Source: Squalus acanthias (taxonomy: Eukaryota). Taken from it: 64,000 bases of DNA. Below are positions 11,108 through 23,848 of this stretch, one piece after another. Numbering within the stretch: the first letter of the stretch is position 1; each line of letters begins with the position of its first letter. A model generated the notes under the pieces. It was given only the letters and a program-made list of their open reading frames with translations. It made no database searches and was not told the DNA's origin. The DNA is taken from assembly GCA_030390025.1 (NCBI GenBank), contig CM059425.1:173540001-173604000 (forward strand). Direction: 5' to 3'. The position numbers and the translations under genes were made by a program.

Positions 11108-13034
11108 ATGGAGAGGGTGAGAGAACGAGCTCATCGCTTCACCGAGCGGGCCTTGGATGCTCTGGTTGGCGCGGTGGAGCGCAGAAGATGTATGCTCTTC
11201 CCTGAGAGTGGCAGGAGGCCTTTGCCACGCGAGTTCAGAAGAGTGTGGAGGGAGGTGGCTCAGAGCGTCTCCTCCAGGAGCATGGTGCCCAGGACCCATA
11301 CTCAATGCCCAAAAAGTTCAACGACCTCACTCGGGTCGTCAGGGTGAGTGGCTTTTTCTCAATACCTCTCCATCCCTCCATCTCAACCTCACTCTATGGC
11401 CAGAGGGTCTTAAAACCCCAATGCACAACACTCATCCAACACCTATGGCCCTTTCATGAAACACACACACACATTCCACACTTTGCATACAGTAAGGGCT
11501 ATTCACCTATGGGAGGCACATCAGGCAAGACCATGGCTGCATACAGTAAGGGCTATTCACCTATGGGAGGCACATCAGGCAAGACCATGGCTGCATACAG
11601 TAAGGGCTATTCACCTATGGGAGGCACATCAGGCAAGACCATGGCTGCATACAGTAAGGGCTATTCACCTATGGGAGGCACATCAGGCAAGACCATGGCT
11701 GTATATTTACTCAGATGCTGTCCTTTTTCTTACAGGCCAAGCTGGCGCATAATCGGAGACAGCAGCAACGGACAGGTGGAGGGCGGCCTCAGCTGCAACC
11801 CCTCAGCGATCTTGAGGAGCGCGTCCACAGGATTGTGGCAAGCCGGGTGATCGGTCCCGTCGCCACTGGAGACGCCGACCCCGTTCTGGACAGCAATGGT
11901 AAGGTCATCACCTTTTTGTCCTCTGTCCTTCCACTTGTCCCTCACAACACCAGCCTTTGACACTTTCAATCCAACTTGCTAACTCGCTGCACTTATTCCT
12001 CCCTTACTGCCACCCTGTCCTCACGCTAAAGCCACTCTTGTACCTCCCTGCTTTCAGATGGTGATTCACCAGCTGAGGAGACGGGCCCTGAAGCTGACAC
12101 TGGGAGTGATGCTGCAGCCGAGGAGGGAGAGGAAGCCGGAGCATCAGTGCCACCCTCTCCCGAGGAAGCCCATGCCCACACTGGGAACACGCCTTCCCCG
12201 GAGGGGAGCAGGGGGGAAGGGGCTGATGAGGGTGAAGCTCCAGGACCCAGCGGGCTGCAGCAACGCCATGGGGGTAGGGAAGAACGGGGGCCTTCTCCCC
12301 AGAGGGAGAGTATGCCAGACACTCCTACTGCAATGGACGCAGAGGAGGAGCGGCTGATCGCAGAAATGAACACCCAGGCGGTGGGCATGCACACTGAGCT
12401 CATGGGTGCAGTGGGAAGGGTGCCCGAATGCATTGAGTCACTGGCAAGGAGTGTGGAGCACTTCGCTGTAGCACAGGCGGATGCCACACTAACGCTTAGT
12501 GCTGCAATTCAGTCACTGGCTGCCGTGATCCCATCTCTGACTGCTCTCATGCAGACTCAGATTGAGGCCACGCGAGCACAGACTGCTGCCAACCTCGATG
12601 GTTCGTGCACATGTCCCCGGGGCTGTCACCGCGCCGCAGCAGGCCAGCAATCTGTTCTCCAACAGATTGCTCCGGATGCTGAAGTGCTGCCCCGTGGGAG
12701 TGCCAGTGTGTCGGGCGAGCAGGGAGTTGCTGTCCTCTCTCACGATGACAGCATTCCTGCTGCCAACACTGTCACTTCTCCACTGCACTTGCCACCGCCT
12801 GTAGGACAGACTGCTGCCGCCCATGCAGAGTTGGTGCAGTCTGCAGCCGGGCCCTCCAGGCCCAGAACTGGTCGAGGCCGTCCTTCAGGGGCATCTGCAG
12901 TGTCAGGGTCTGACGAGCAGCAGCCTTCCACCAGCCTTGCTGCAGCCACTGAGGTCCCATTACGGAGGAGCAGTAGGGTTAGAAGGGGGGAAGTGCGCAA
13001 GGGAAGGAGATCACCCTCGAAGGGCAAAAAGTAG
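11108..13034 (+). pseudogene. A1 Myb/SANT-like gene; exons 11108-11343, 11736-11898, 12058-13034; 1-bp deletion in exon 1
   Basis: GT-AG junctions match A2. CAATGCCCAAAAAG versus CAATGCCGCAAAAAG in A2 frameshifts the QCRKKFNDL motif. Confidence 0.88.
11485..11700 (+). repeat. 54-bp tandem repeat x4 in Myb intron 1
   Basis: Unit GCATACAGTAAGGGCTATTCACCTATGGGAGGCACATCAGGCAAGACCATGGCT. Two copies in A2 (22095-22202), one diverged copy in A3. Confidence 0.97.
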
Positions 13035-13347
13035 GAGGTGTGACAAAATGCTGGTCATTTTTTTATTAAAGGTCGAGGTTCATGGTCCAACTTTTGTTTA
13101 GTGTTTTGGACATTATCTCCAGGTTGTGAGAACCAGTTATGTTATTGACTGTTTTTTTTGTGTTTATTTCTATGAGTTTGTCATGAGGAATTGACACACA
13201 CAGAGTTTGTAAAATAAATAAGTTTCTGTATTCAAAATATACATGGTTGGTGGTTGGAATTATTGGTGCCTTGGCCGGCTTAGGGGTTGCGTGCTGGGTT
13301 CATTAATGTTGTTAGCAATGGCAGAAGCCATTTCCACAGCAGGGGCC

Positions 13348-14508
13348 CTAGAAGCGGCTTGCTATTAGCCGTTGACGGACGGCCCTTGCAGTTTGACCAT
13401 TGTGGGCCGCCCTCCCGCCTTGGTGCTGCTGATGATCATCCTCCTCGTCCTCTTCCTCCTCTTCCTCCTCCTCCTCTGGTGGTGCTCCAAGGCCTGGTGG
13501 CATTGGCTGGGTCCTGAGGATTGCCATGTTATGCAACATGCAGCACACGACTACGAAGTTCGATACTCGCTCAGGCGAGTACTGCAGGGCTCCTCCAGAA
13601 TGGTCGAGACAGCGGACCCGTTGCTTCAGCACGCCGATTGTGCGCTCAATTATGTTCCTGGTAGCTTGATGGCTCTCATTGTACCGCAGCTCAGCAGGGG
13701 TGTTGGGCGTACGGAGCGGTGTCATCAGCCAGGTGCTCAATGCATGCCCCTTGTCCCCGAGAAGCCAACCAACTGGCTGATGCGGTGCCTCGAAAAGTTC
13801 TGCCACAGTAGTCTGGCGCAGGATAAAAGCATCGTGGCAGCTGCCAGGATAATGGGCATTGACAGCGAGTATCAGCTGTCTGTGGTCACAGACCAACTGA
13901 ACATTCAAGGAATGGAACCCCTTTCTGTTCCGGAATTCCTCGGCATTCTCATGCGGAGCACGCAAAGCCACATGCGTGCAGTCAATGGCGCCCTGCACCA
14001 TGGGGAAGCCCGCTACCCTCGCAAAGCCCAGAGCGCGGTCACGCTGCTTGTCTGGGGTCATGGGGAAAGAGATGAACTCTCGTCTCCTTTTAAAGAGGGC
14101 ATTTGTGACCTGCCGGATGCAGCAATGCACCGCGAACTGGGAGATATTGGCGAGGTCCCCAGCAGCAGCTTGAAATGAGCCAGTAGCGTAAAAGTTGAGA
14201 GCCACTGTGACCTTCACTGCCACCGACAGAGACGTCCTGGACCTCAGTTGAGGCTGCAGATCTGGCTGCAGCAGGTGGCAGAGCTCAGTGACCACCTCCT
14301 TGCTGAATCGCAGCCTTCGCAAACACAGCTCCTCAGACATATGAATGTAGGAGAGCTGTTCACGATATACCCTGGGAGGGTAAGCTCTCCTGTACATATG
14401 CCTGTTGGCCCTCCTCCGTCTGGCCATCATTGCCACTCTCTCTCTACGTCTCTGTATCCTCCGATTCAGCTGGAGCAGGACGACGCCCCCAATCAGTGCA
14501 GCCCCCAT
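13348..14508 (-). CDS. Harbinger DDE transposase, family A (386 aa from ATG 14508), open frame
   Basis: GAIDCTH, RNRKGFHSLNVQLVCD, PGSCHDAFIL, LLGDKGH, IIERTIGVLKQR, CCMLHN, acidic tail. Confidence 0.95.
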   Translation of the reverse strand: MGAALIGGVVLLQLNRRIQRRRERVAMMARRRRANRHMYRRAYPPRVYREQLSYIHMSEELCLRRLRFSKEVVTELCHLLQPDLQPQLRSRTSLSVAVKVTVALNFYATGSFQAAAGDLANISQFAVHCCIRQVTNALFKRRREFISFPMTPDKQRDRALGFARVAGFPMVQGAIDCTHVALRAPHENAEEFRNRKGFHSLNVQLVCDHRQLILAVNAHYPGSCHDAFILRQTTVAELFEAPHQPVGWLLGDKGHALSTWLMTPLRTPNTPAELRYNESHQATRNIIERTIGVLKQRVRCLDHSGGALQYSPERVSNFVVVCCMLHNMAILRTQPMPPGLGAPPEEEEEEEEEDEEDDHQQHQGGRAAHNGQTARAVRQRLIASRF

Positions 14509-16250
14509 ATTCTCTTTGCAAGCAAAGTAATGAAGGACAGCAACTAAAGTACCAGCGAAGTTAGGATCAGTAGGCAAAACTACCTCACAAAGCGTTGAGT
14601 CAATGCAGAAGTCTCTCTTTCTCTCTCTCCGAATCTCTCTCTCTCTCTCAGAACGAGTGATGCAAAAATGTCGACCACAGAAAAAGACAGGAAGAGGCCC
14701 CCTTTAAATAGCGCCCCCCCCAGCCCCACAGCGATTGATAGCGTTCCAGTCTTCCGGTCGTTGGATGCGCCAGGCGGTAAGGCAGGGGGCGCCACTCAAT
14801 TTCCGCTCCGGGGCGCCACAAGGGCGTTGCACCATGGAATGACGTCACAATCTGCGCGCGCAGGTGGTCGCAGCGGTAAGTTTTAGCGCCGCCGCACAAT
14901 CTCTAGTTAAGTTCCCGAGCGGCGCAAACATCGCTGCGCCCGGGCGTTAGCAGCTTTGCGCCCCATTAGCGCCCTCTTAAGGCGCTAACGGGAGGCGCAA
15001 CCAACTGAATTTTTACCCCCCAATGTTTCCCAAGATGTGCCAGTGGCACTTCCCATTATGGATACCTAGTCAGGGAATCACTTCTTACATGACTTGAGGG
15101 CTCATGTCATTATTTTTAGCCTAAAGGATCAAACTGCAAATAATCACAAGCATCTTTATTTGTGTCTGTCTGCTATTGTGTTCCCATTTCTTATTATAAT
15201 CATTGGTCTATATTAGCTTTAAAACTGGAAAAATAATAAACAGTAACTTTTTCATATTATTCATTTAAAAATCCTTAGCAGTAAATAGGTTTCCAATCCC
15301 AAATTATTTTTCTTTGAATATTAAAACTTTTTTCTCCTCAATAGCTGAGGAAGGGAAAAATAATTTAAAAAGTCACTAAATGGTAAATAGGAGATTTGAA
15401 TTTTTCAATTCAACAACAGCTCCCATGTTCTCAGGGCAACTAGAGGTGGGCAATAAATATGGCTTTGCCAGTGTCACCCATATCCTGAGAAACAAAAAAA
15501 AACTTGCCTTTTGCGCTGAGCAGAAGGTATGAGCATCATTTTCATCTATTTCCACAAATCAGCTCTAACTGGTTGATGTCTAATCCTGCCAGAATGGTGA
15601 AGTGATAATAGCATTCATATTGCCTGGATCAGACTATTTGCATAAAGATTCACAGATCCATCTGCAGACATGGACAAGAGTAGGGAGCATACTAGTGGTA
15701 GGAGCAGAAAATCGCATGCAAATTAAATTTAAGGGGTTGGTAATAATTAAAGGGAAGTGTTACAGTAGAGTAGCAAAGATTATTTGGCATAGAAATTCAG
15801 GCATGCCTATTTTTGGCACGCGGCGGGGGGGCACAGGATGCGGTCCCTGCGCCTGAATGGTGAAGCCCAAGGCGCCCAAATCTTGGGACTCGGGCCTCAT
15901 TTTAATGGAGCAGATGTGATGCATACAGCGAAGTTATCACTGAAAAAATTGCAGAAATTGTAGAAGAAAAGATTCTGGCTAGCTCCTGTCATGGAGCCGA
16001 TTTAGGGAAGGGTGTATTTTTAACCAAAAGAAATGGGCATGACTGCCAATTGTCTTCAAGTTCAAGTGCAAGTGCTTCTCTGTGCCAAGTTGTTCTATTC
16101 TGGCTCTGCCTTTGATGTGTTTGTGTGCGTAGACAGTACTGATATTTCTCTTTATTATCTAATTCATGGATATAGATTGTTGTAGTGGTGACTGTAAAAT
16201 TCTTAAGTGCTGTTCAAAGGTGTGAAGTTAACCATATTAGTCATACAGTT

Positions 16251-16439
16251 ATAAAAATAGAAAATGCTGGAAATACTCAGCAGGTCAGGCAGCATCTGTG
16301 GAGAGAGAAACAGAGTTAACGTTTCAGGTTGATGACCGTTCTCTCTAATTCTGCCTGATGCTGGCTGAACCGCTGAGTATTTCCAGCATTTTCTGCTTTT
16401 ATTTCAGATTTCCAGCATCCGCAGTATTTTGCTTCTGTT
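16251..16439. mobile_element. Short Penelope terminal-repeat insertion with internal inversion
   Basis: AGAAAATGCTGGAAATACTCAGC ... GCTGAGTATTTCCAGCATTTTCT inverted repeat. 14-bp TSD TTAGTCATACAGTT (16237-16250, 16440-16453). Matches 9486-9570. Confidence 0.85.
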
Positions 16440-17379
16440 TTAGTCATACAGTTGGCAGAGTCTCAGTGAAAGTACTTGCTGTTAATAATTTCTGTATAGC
16501 CCGAAAGAATAAATCTAAATGAGATAAAAAACAGTTTAAAACAATAATCTAGTATCTAAATTATGTTACAGAATAATATAACGCAGTTCCCTTGATAGCT
16601 GAAACTACCCATTAATACTGTTGGACGACTTCCGCAACAGCATTGTGTATGTATTTGAGAGTGCTAATCTGGCTAGGATTTCAACTGACAGGGATGAGAA
16701 AAAGGATCGGGAACTGTTAATCTGGATCCCCACCCATTTCTCATCAGTCTAATTTTCAGCGTAATTTCCAGCCAGCACCAGAAGAGGCTGCCTTAAAATA
16801 GGCTGGCATATTTAAATAAGGCAACAATGATGTGGTGATATTATACATGCTATTTTCTGTCCTTTTTGACTGATTAATGCTGACGCATAGCACACCTGTA
16901 TAAAATGGACGTCACACATTGTAGCAGAAGTAGATTTAAAGGGCCCAGCAGCTATTACGAAAGGATTCCTAAGAAGCTTATATCTTAGCTGATTTTGATT
17001 TTTCGCCGTTGACAACTGCTTCACCATCTATCTAGTTTTCCTTTAATGAATGCACTCTCAACAATTCCATCCCCTCAATCACAAGGGCACACCGCAACAC
17101 CTCTATTTCCCATTACAAGCTCACTCACCTTATCCATTCCTCTCTTCACACCATACACAGACACTATTCTATTCTCACATATCATTACTTGCGCAATCAC
17201 CAATTCCTCTCACAGTTCCTTCCTCACTTTACATTCCATACATTTGGCTTTTCATTCAGACCACCAACATGTCCTTATTCCATCTTGCATCTTTTCCACC
17301 TCTCAACCCATCCACTATATGCACAAGCCCCACACATCTACATTTATCTTTTCAACAGCCACTCACTAACTCTCATATT

Positions 17380-18230
17380 TGGTTTCTGCAGGACAAAACA
17401 GCACATAATGTGAAGGAGAGAGTCAAGACCAAGGGAGGACACCCTGGAGATCAGTGGCTCAGGGAGAGACAGCACCATCGGGAAGGTGAGGCTGGTGGCA
17501 TACCAGAGCAGTGTCTGCATATTACTTACAGCCCTTCCTTCACCTCAGTAAAAATGCAGCAAGCTGCACAACTTCAAACTGATTTCTCAAAACTATCACC
17601 TTCAAATGTCCAGCTTCTATCCCCCATCCCAACTTATCCCTTTTCTCTTTCCACTAGGTCTTTCTCAGCAGCAAGAGCCTCCTGCGCTAAAAGACAATCC
17701 TTCCGAGGATGCACCATCAAGCGGCGCCCATCCCTCCTAGGCACCAGCTCAGACATTGGTACGCCACGTGGGTTAGTGAGTTTGAGGGGTCTGCTCTGCA
17801 CGTGGAGAGTCACAGAGCTCCAGTGAACAGCAGCAGATATTGATGGCAGGAAGAGCACAGGAGAGAGCTCACCGTAGGTTGAAGTCCTATTCCAGCTCTG
17901 CTCAGGAGGAGACAGATGATAGCTACAGGGCCCAGCCATGAAAAGAAAACTGCTGGCATCACACAAACAAACTATGAAGTATTGGAAGGCGTGCAAGGAG
18001 TTTCACAGTTATGACTGACAGTGTGGAGGAGGCCGCTTCCAGTCTGTGTGTTGTCATCTGGCATGGCAACAGCACTCTACAATCTACCCTGCACAGCCTG
18101 GCCACCTCCAAGGTCACTGCAGCCGGGCCCTCATAACAGGAGTCCAACTTCGCACACTTTTCAGCTTTGACAGTAGTTTAAACGGTTGCCCTGCAGACTT
18201 TGGGCTCCAGTGTCAAGAGACAGGTATCCA
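17380..18230 (+). pseudogene. Highly degraded Harbinger Myb-like gene remnant
   Basis: TGCAG|GACAAAACAGCACATAAT.. translates DKTAHNVKERVKTKGG, matching the exon-2 K.AHN.RER..TGGG motif of the other copies. Confidence 0.55.
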
Positions 18231-18237
18231 CCTTGAA

Positions 18238-18462
18238 CAGAGTGATGTACACCATAGGCAGAGTGATGTACACCATGGGCAGAGTGATGTACACCATGGG
18301 CAGAGTGATATACACCATGGGCAGAGTGATATACACCATGGGCAGAGTGATGTACACCATGGGCAGAGTGATATACACCAGGGGAAAATTGATGTACACC
18401 ATGGGCAGAGTGATGTACACCATGGGCAGAGTGATATACACCATGGGCAGAGTGATATACAC
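18238..18462 (+). repeat. 21-bp minisatellite, ~10.5 units
   Basis: Unit CAGAGTGAT(G/A)TACACCATGGG. Confidence 0.97.
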
Positions 18463-19330
18463 AAGGAACATCTGCCCTCGTAAAGATGACATAAAATAAG
18501 GAACACCTGCCGTTCACACCGTTTTTATATGGTCAACCCAGAACACCTGGAGATGAGACAAGATTCTGGCTGATGTGGCAGTAAGAGTTGCAGAGGTCGG
18601 CAGAAAGATGAATAGAGATGATTAACTTGCATCAGCAGAAAACCTTAAAGGAAATACCACTGGAAAAGGGTATAAATATTGAACTCTCAAATGGGATATC
18701 AGACTCGCTTTAATCGGGCAGTGATTCTCGGCTTCAGAGGCGACTCTGTAGTCTACCACTCTTTGTACCTCGGGGATCAAAGGTATTTGATATTGATGGA
18801 TGTCCTGTATAAGAAACCTTTAAGAACTGTAATACTGTAGCAAAGTAAGATTCTCTGTTAAAAAGATAATGGTCCAGAAATTCGCCTCTCCGGCTTGCCG
18901 CGGGTGCAAGGATCGCGCGCCCATTTACCTACCGCGTCTGCCGTTCTGCTTCTGGCCCACTGGAAATTAGGATTTTCTGAAGAGGACTCCCAGGCAGCGT
19001 CTGACGTCACACCGCCCAGGAGCGCAGCGTGCGCGGAGCCTCCGGAGCGGAGGGTAGTGAAGACACGCCCTCCGAAGTTGCATTTGCATAGGCCACGCCC
19101 CCGATTTTTTTCACATGCTGCAAACCTTTTTTAGATGCAGAACAGCATGGTAAGTTGTCTCTTTGTATTTTAATTAATGTTTTGCTAACTTTCACAAACT
19201 TTTAAAGACTTTTACATGAATTGGAAGAATCTTAAACAGTTTTGAAGAGATTTGAAGTAATTTAAATAGTTTTAAAAGCCCTGAAAGCATTTTTTTCATT
19301 CATTTTATTTTATTTAATCAGCAAAGTGAA

Positions 19331-21012
19331 ATGGCTGGAATGAGCACTATTCACATCATTAAGAGAACTCACAATTTCAGTGACGATGATCTCAGCACAT
19401 TCCTCAACGAGGTTGAGGCGAAGCGCCTGTGGATCATTGGGAATGAGAAGTCCAGGGCGCCGCGAAAAGGGCAGATGTTAGCTTGGTCTGAAGTTGCCCA
19501 GGCTGTCAGCACGAACTCCACCATTCCATGGACAGCAGAACAATGCCGCAAGAAATTCAGTGATTTATTGCGATCTGTCAAGGTTTGTACAGTTATTACA
19601 AAAGTCAACTGTAAAATGTCTTTAAGTTTAACTGAACTAGTTTTAAAAAGCTATATGCATGTATTTAGTCAAGTGACTTCATCATCCAGGCACATGAGCT
19701 TGCCATAAAATGTTATGGCTTTGGGGCCAGCTCAGGGTCATCCATTGCGCTCTTATCTTGATTCCATTGGTTTGAGGTGTCCATGTTTCAAATGCAGGTG
19801 GGTGTAATCTGCAGAAAAAGCTGACGTTTCTAGACGTTTCATATTTTCGTTTTTCATTTTAGAATAAAACTGCTCACAACGCCAGAGAACGTGCACTGAC
19901 AGGCGGTGGTGTGGTCACGTTAAGGGCTTTATCCGAACATGAGGAAAGGGTCGAGCATCTGTTTGGATTTAGTCGCGGTTGCCCCTTGGCTGGTGTAGAA
20001 TTAGACATTGGTATACATAAACGTGAGTTGCTCTGGCCAGCTATATGTTTAAAAATGTTAGATGTGTGTTGAATATCAGCTTCTGTGATGTGGCAGATCA
20101 TGCTTTACCTTTGCAAATGTTTACTGTTTCCTTTCCACAGGTGCACAGCAGACTTCTCACACACGGGATGAGCAGTGCGTTGAGTCTGCAGCCGCAGAGG
20201 GCATTGGGGAAGGGGTTGCTGATGCAGTGGGGGCAGTGAGTGAGGTGGTGGTGGTGGAGGAGCAGGAGCAACTTGTGCTGTGTCATCTAGTGGAAGAGGA
20301 GGGTATGGAACCTGGGTTGCTGCAGAGTACCTCTCCATCTCCTGGCCCCTCTGGCTCTGTACGAGCCAGACACCAGCTTGATACTGCAGAGCATGTGGGA
20401 GAAGCAGAAATATATTCAACAGTACAGAATGACTTACAAGCTCAGATGCAGCAGATTGAAGGGTTGAGGGAATCGATGTGTTCTCTTACTGAGAAGAAAG
20501 TTGACTCTCTTGCCTCGATCAGGCAGGGAATTGATTATATTGGCATGTCACTTAATCAGATAGTTTTGCAGTTGGAAAAACCAGATGTTGGAATGGCACT
20601 TAATCAAATAAATGCATCTCTCATTGGACTCTTGCACAAACAAGATGTTGGAATGGCGCTTAATCAAATAAATGAGTCTCTCGTTGGACTCTTGCACAAA
20701 CCAGATGTTGGAATGGCGCTTAATCAAATAAATGAGTCTCTCATTGGACTCTTGTATATGCTTAAACCACTTTCTGCTGCCATTACTTTGACTCCCGCAG
20801 AACCGCACTTACCTGCTCCCAGCGCAGAAACAGTGCGGGCCCAAGAGCCAGCTGCTCCTCCAGTTGTGATGCAAGCAAACGTTGCCTTGCAGCAGCAGCA
20901 GCAACCCTATCAGGAGGCAATTGCTGAAGGGCAAGAGATGGCAAACAGGGCCCTTTCAAGTCGCAGCACAGGGCTCCGGTCACGGGGAGCGGGAAAGCGC
21001 AGGAGACAGTAG
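19331..21012 (+). CDS. BC1 Myb/SANT-like DNA-binding protein; exons 19331-19582, 19863-20022, 20141-21012 (427 aa, open)
   Basis: Exon 1 NFSDDDL..L..EVE..WSEVAQAVS..WTAEQCRKKFSDL. Exon 2 NKTAHNARERALTGGG. GT-AG sites keep the frame into ORF 20227..21012. Basic C-terminus GKRRRQ. Confidence 0.88.
20578..20757 (+). repeat. In-frame 60-bp tandem repeat x3 (KPDVGMALNQINESLIGLLH)
   Basis: Visible in DNA and in the translation of ORF 20227..21012. Confidence 0.95.
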
Positions 21013-21716
21013 GGTGTCACCTTTTGCACAATGCACATCCTTTGACCCTCAGGCACAGATGCGAGGGGGCAAATCGTTCAATTGTTTAATTTTTCGTTTT
21101 ATTTAAATGTTAAATGTTTTCGTTGCTTTTTTTATTGAAATATATATTTGTGACTGAAAGTGTATGTAACCTTTGAATTTAAAAAGTACAGCCTCTAGTC
21201 ACTTTGAAAAAATTCAACTTTTTTATTTGCAAAAAAATGTAACATTACAACTGTTTGAAATTTAGAAAATAGCTAGTTTCCATCTTGAATGTCTTTATTG
21301 CACTAAGAAACCAAAAAAGTCACTTTAAACTGTTTACAAATTTTATTCTAAACTATTTGGGGGAAAAATTAGGTCGCGCCCCATTTGGGGCGCAAATATC
21401 GTCTGGACGCAAAAATTAGCGCCTGGCGCTAATTATCGCCACTGACTGGAAACTTCACTTTTACCGCCCCGGGAGGTGAGTGGAGCGCTAAATCAAGCGC
21501 TGCACACCTGTCTTAAGGCGCAAAGGCCGAGCAGTGAGGCGCTAACTCAGCGCGCGAGCGCAGCGCAGGTGCTGCCAGTTAGCGAGGGAACACAGACACA
21601 CTGGCGCCGGCCAGTTCTTAAAGCGGGGGGGCCAACTTGCTCCCCAGCCACACCCTGCTCATTGCAGCCTTGAATCTCGGCCTGGAGAGACCTGTGAATC
21701 CATTTTGCTGCCAAGG

Positions 21717-23536
21717 ATGGAGAGGGTGAGAGAACGAGCTCAGCGCTTCACCGAGCGGGCCTTGGATGCTCTGGTTGGCGCGGTGGAGCGCAGAAGATGT
21801 ATACTCTTCCCTGAGAGTGGCAGGAGGCCTTTGCCACGCGAGTACAGAAGAGTGTGGAGGGAGGTGGCTCAGAGCGTCTCCTCCAGGAGCATGGTGCCCA
21901 GGACCCATGTTCAATGCCGCAAAAAGTTCAATGACCTCACTCGGGTCGTCAGGGTGAGTGGCTTTTTCTCAATACCTCTCCATCCCTCCATCTCAACCTC
22001 ACTCTATGGCCAGAGGGTCTTAAAACCCCAATGCACAAAACTCATCCAACACCTATGGCCCTTTCATGAAACACACAAACACATTCCACACTTTGCATAC
22101 AGTAAGGGCTATTCACCTATGGGAGGCACATCAGGCAAGACCATGGCTGCATACAGTAAGGGCTATTCACCTATGGGAGGCACATCAGGCAAGACCATGG
22201 TTGTATATTTACTCAGATGCTGTCCTTTTACTTGCAGGCCAAGCTGGCGCATAATAGGAGACAGCAGCAACGGACAGGTGGAGGGCGGCCTCAGCTGCAA
22301 CCCCTCAGCGATCTTGAGGAGCACGTCCACAGGATTGTGGCAAGCCGGGTGATCGGTCCCGTCGCCACTGGAGACGCCGACCCCATTCTGGACAGCAATG
22401 GTAAGGTCATCACCTTTTTGTCCTCTGTCCTTCCACTTGTCCCTCACAACACCAGCCTTTGACACTTTCAATCCAACTTGCTAACTCGCTGCACTTATTC
22501 CTCCCTTACTGCCACCCTGTCCTCACGCTAAAGCCACTCTTGTACCTCCCTGCTTTCAGATGGTGATTCACCAGCTGAGGAGACGGGCCCTCAAGCTGCC
22601 AGTGGGAGTGAAGCTGCAGCCGAGGAGGAAGAGGAAGCCGGAGCATCAGTGCCACCCTCTCCCGAGGAAGCCCATACCCACACTGGGAACACGCCTTCCC
22701 TGGAGGGGAGCAGGGGGGAAGGGTCTGATGAGGGTGAAGCTCCAGGACCCAGCGGGCTGCAGCAACGCCATGGAGGTAGGGAAGAACGGGGGCCTTCTCC
22801 CCAGAGGGAGAGTATGCGAGCGACTCCTACTGCAATGGACGCAGAGGAGGAGCGGCTGATCGCAGAAATGAACACCCAGGCGGTGGGCATGCACACTGAG
22901 CTCATGGGTGCAGTGGGAAGGGTGCCCGAATGCATTGAGTCACTGGCAAGGAGTGTGGAGCACTTCGCTGTAGCACAGGCGGATGCCACACTAACGCTTA
23001 GTGCTGCAATTCAGTCACTGACTGCCGTGATCCCATCTCTGACTGCTCTCATGCAGACTCAGATTGAGGCCACGCGAGCACTGACTGCTGCCAACCTCGA
23101 TGGATCGTTCACATGTCCCCGGGGCTCTCACCGCGCCGCAGCAGGCCAGCAATCTGTGCTCCAGCAGATTGCTCCGGATGCTGAAGTGCTGCCCCGTGGG
23201 AGTGCCAGTGTGTCGGGCGAGCAGGGAGTTGCTGTCCTCTCTCACGATGACAGCATTCCTGCTGCCAACACTGTCACTTCTCCACTGCACTTGCCACCGC
23301 CTGTAGGACAGACTGCTGCCGCCCATGCAGAGTTGGTGCAGTCTGCAGCCGGGCCCTCCAGGCCCAGAACTGGTCGAGGCCGTCCTTCAGGGGCATCTGC
23401 AGTGTCAGGGTCTGACAATCTGCAGTCTTCCACCAGTCTTGCTGCAGCCACTGAGGTCCCATTACGGAGGAGCAGTAGGGTTAGAAGGGGGGAAGTGCGC
23501 AAGGGAAGGAGATCACCCTCGAAGGGCAAAAAATAG
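21717..23536 (+). CDS. A2 Myb/SANT-like protein; exons 21717-21953, 22238-22400, 22560-23536 (458 aa, open)
   Basis: RFTERALDALV..WREVAQSVS..RTHVQCRKKFNDL, then AKLAHNRRQQQRTGGG. Exon lengths 237+163+977 keep the frame. Basic tail. Confidence 0.9.
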
Positions 23537-23848
23537 GAGGTGTGACAAAATGCTGGTCATTTTTTTATTAAAGGCCGAGGTTCGTGGTCCAACTTTTGTC
23601 TAGTGTTTTGGACATTATCTCCAGGTTGTGAGAACCAGTTATGTTAATGACTGTTTTTTTGTGTTTATTTCTATGAGTTTGTCATGAGGAAATGACACAC
23701 ACAGAGTTTGTAAAATAAATAAGTTTTTGTATTCAAAATATACATGTTTGAGGTTTGGAATCATTGGTGCCTTGGCCGGCTTAGGGGTTGCGTGCTGGGT
23801 TCATTGATGTTGTTAGCAATGGCAGAAGCCATTTCCACAGCAGGGGCC

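Larger units (their letters stand above)
10968..15019. mobile_element. Harbinger family A, copy A1 (left ~220 bp missing)
   Basis: Colinear and highly similar to 21578-25518. Right TIR ACTGAATTTTTACCCC. Contains Myb-like gene (+) and transposase (-). Confidence 0.95.

Noticed and set aside
11245..11850. ORF with repeated AYSKGYSPMGGTSGKTMA peptide
   Set aside because: This is read-through of Myb intron 1 across the 54-bp VNTR. Good splice sites flank it.
13372..14178. Long antisense ORFs over transposases and CR1 RT
   Set aside because: These are shadow ORFs of coding sequence on the other strand. Their starts are not conserved between copies.
13348..14508. Calling the transposases the host gene HARBI1, or the Myb genes NAIF1/MSANTD
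   Set aside because: They lie within TIR-bounded multi-copy elements with decayed relatives, so they are transposon genes.
18238..18462. Regular short repeats (also 54046-54530 and 41760-45628) as CRISPR arrays
   Set aside because: Units are contiguous with no unique spacers, there are no cas genes, and the context is eukaryotic.
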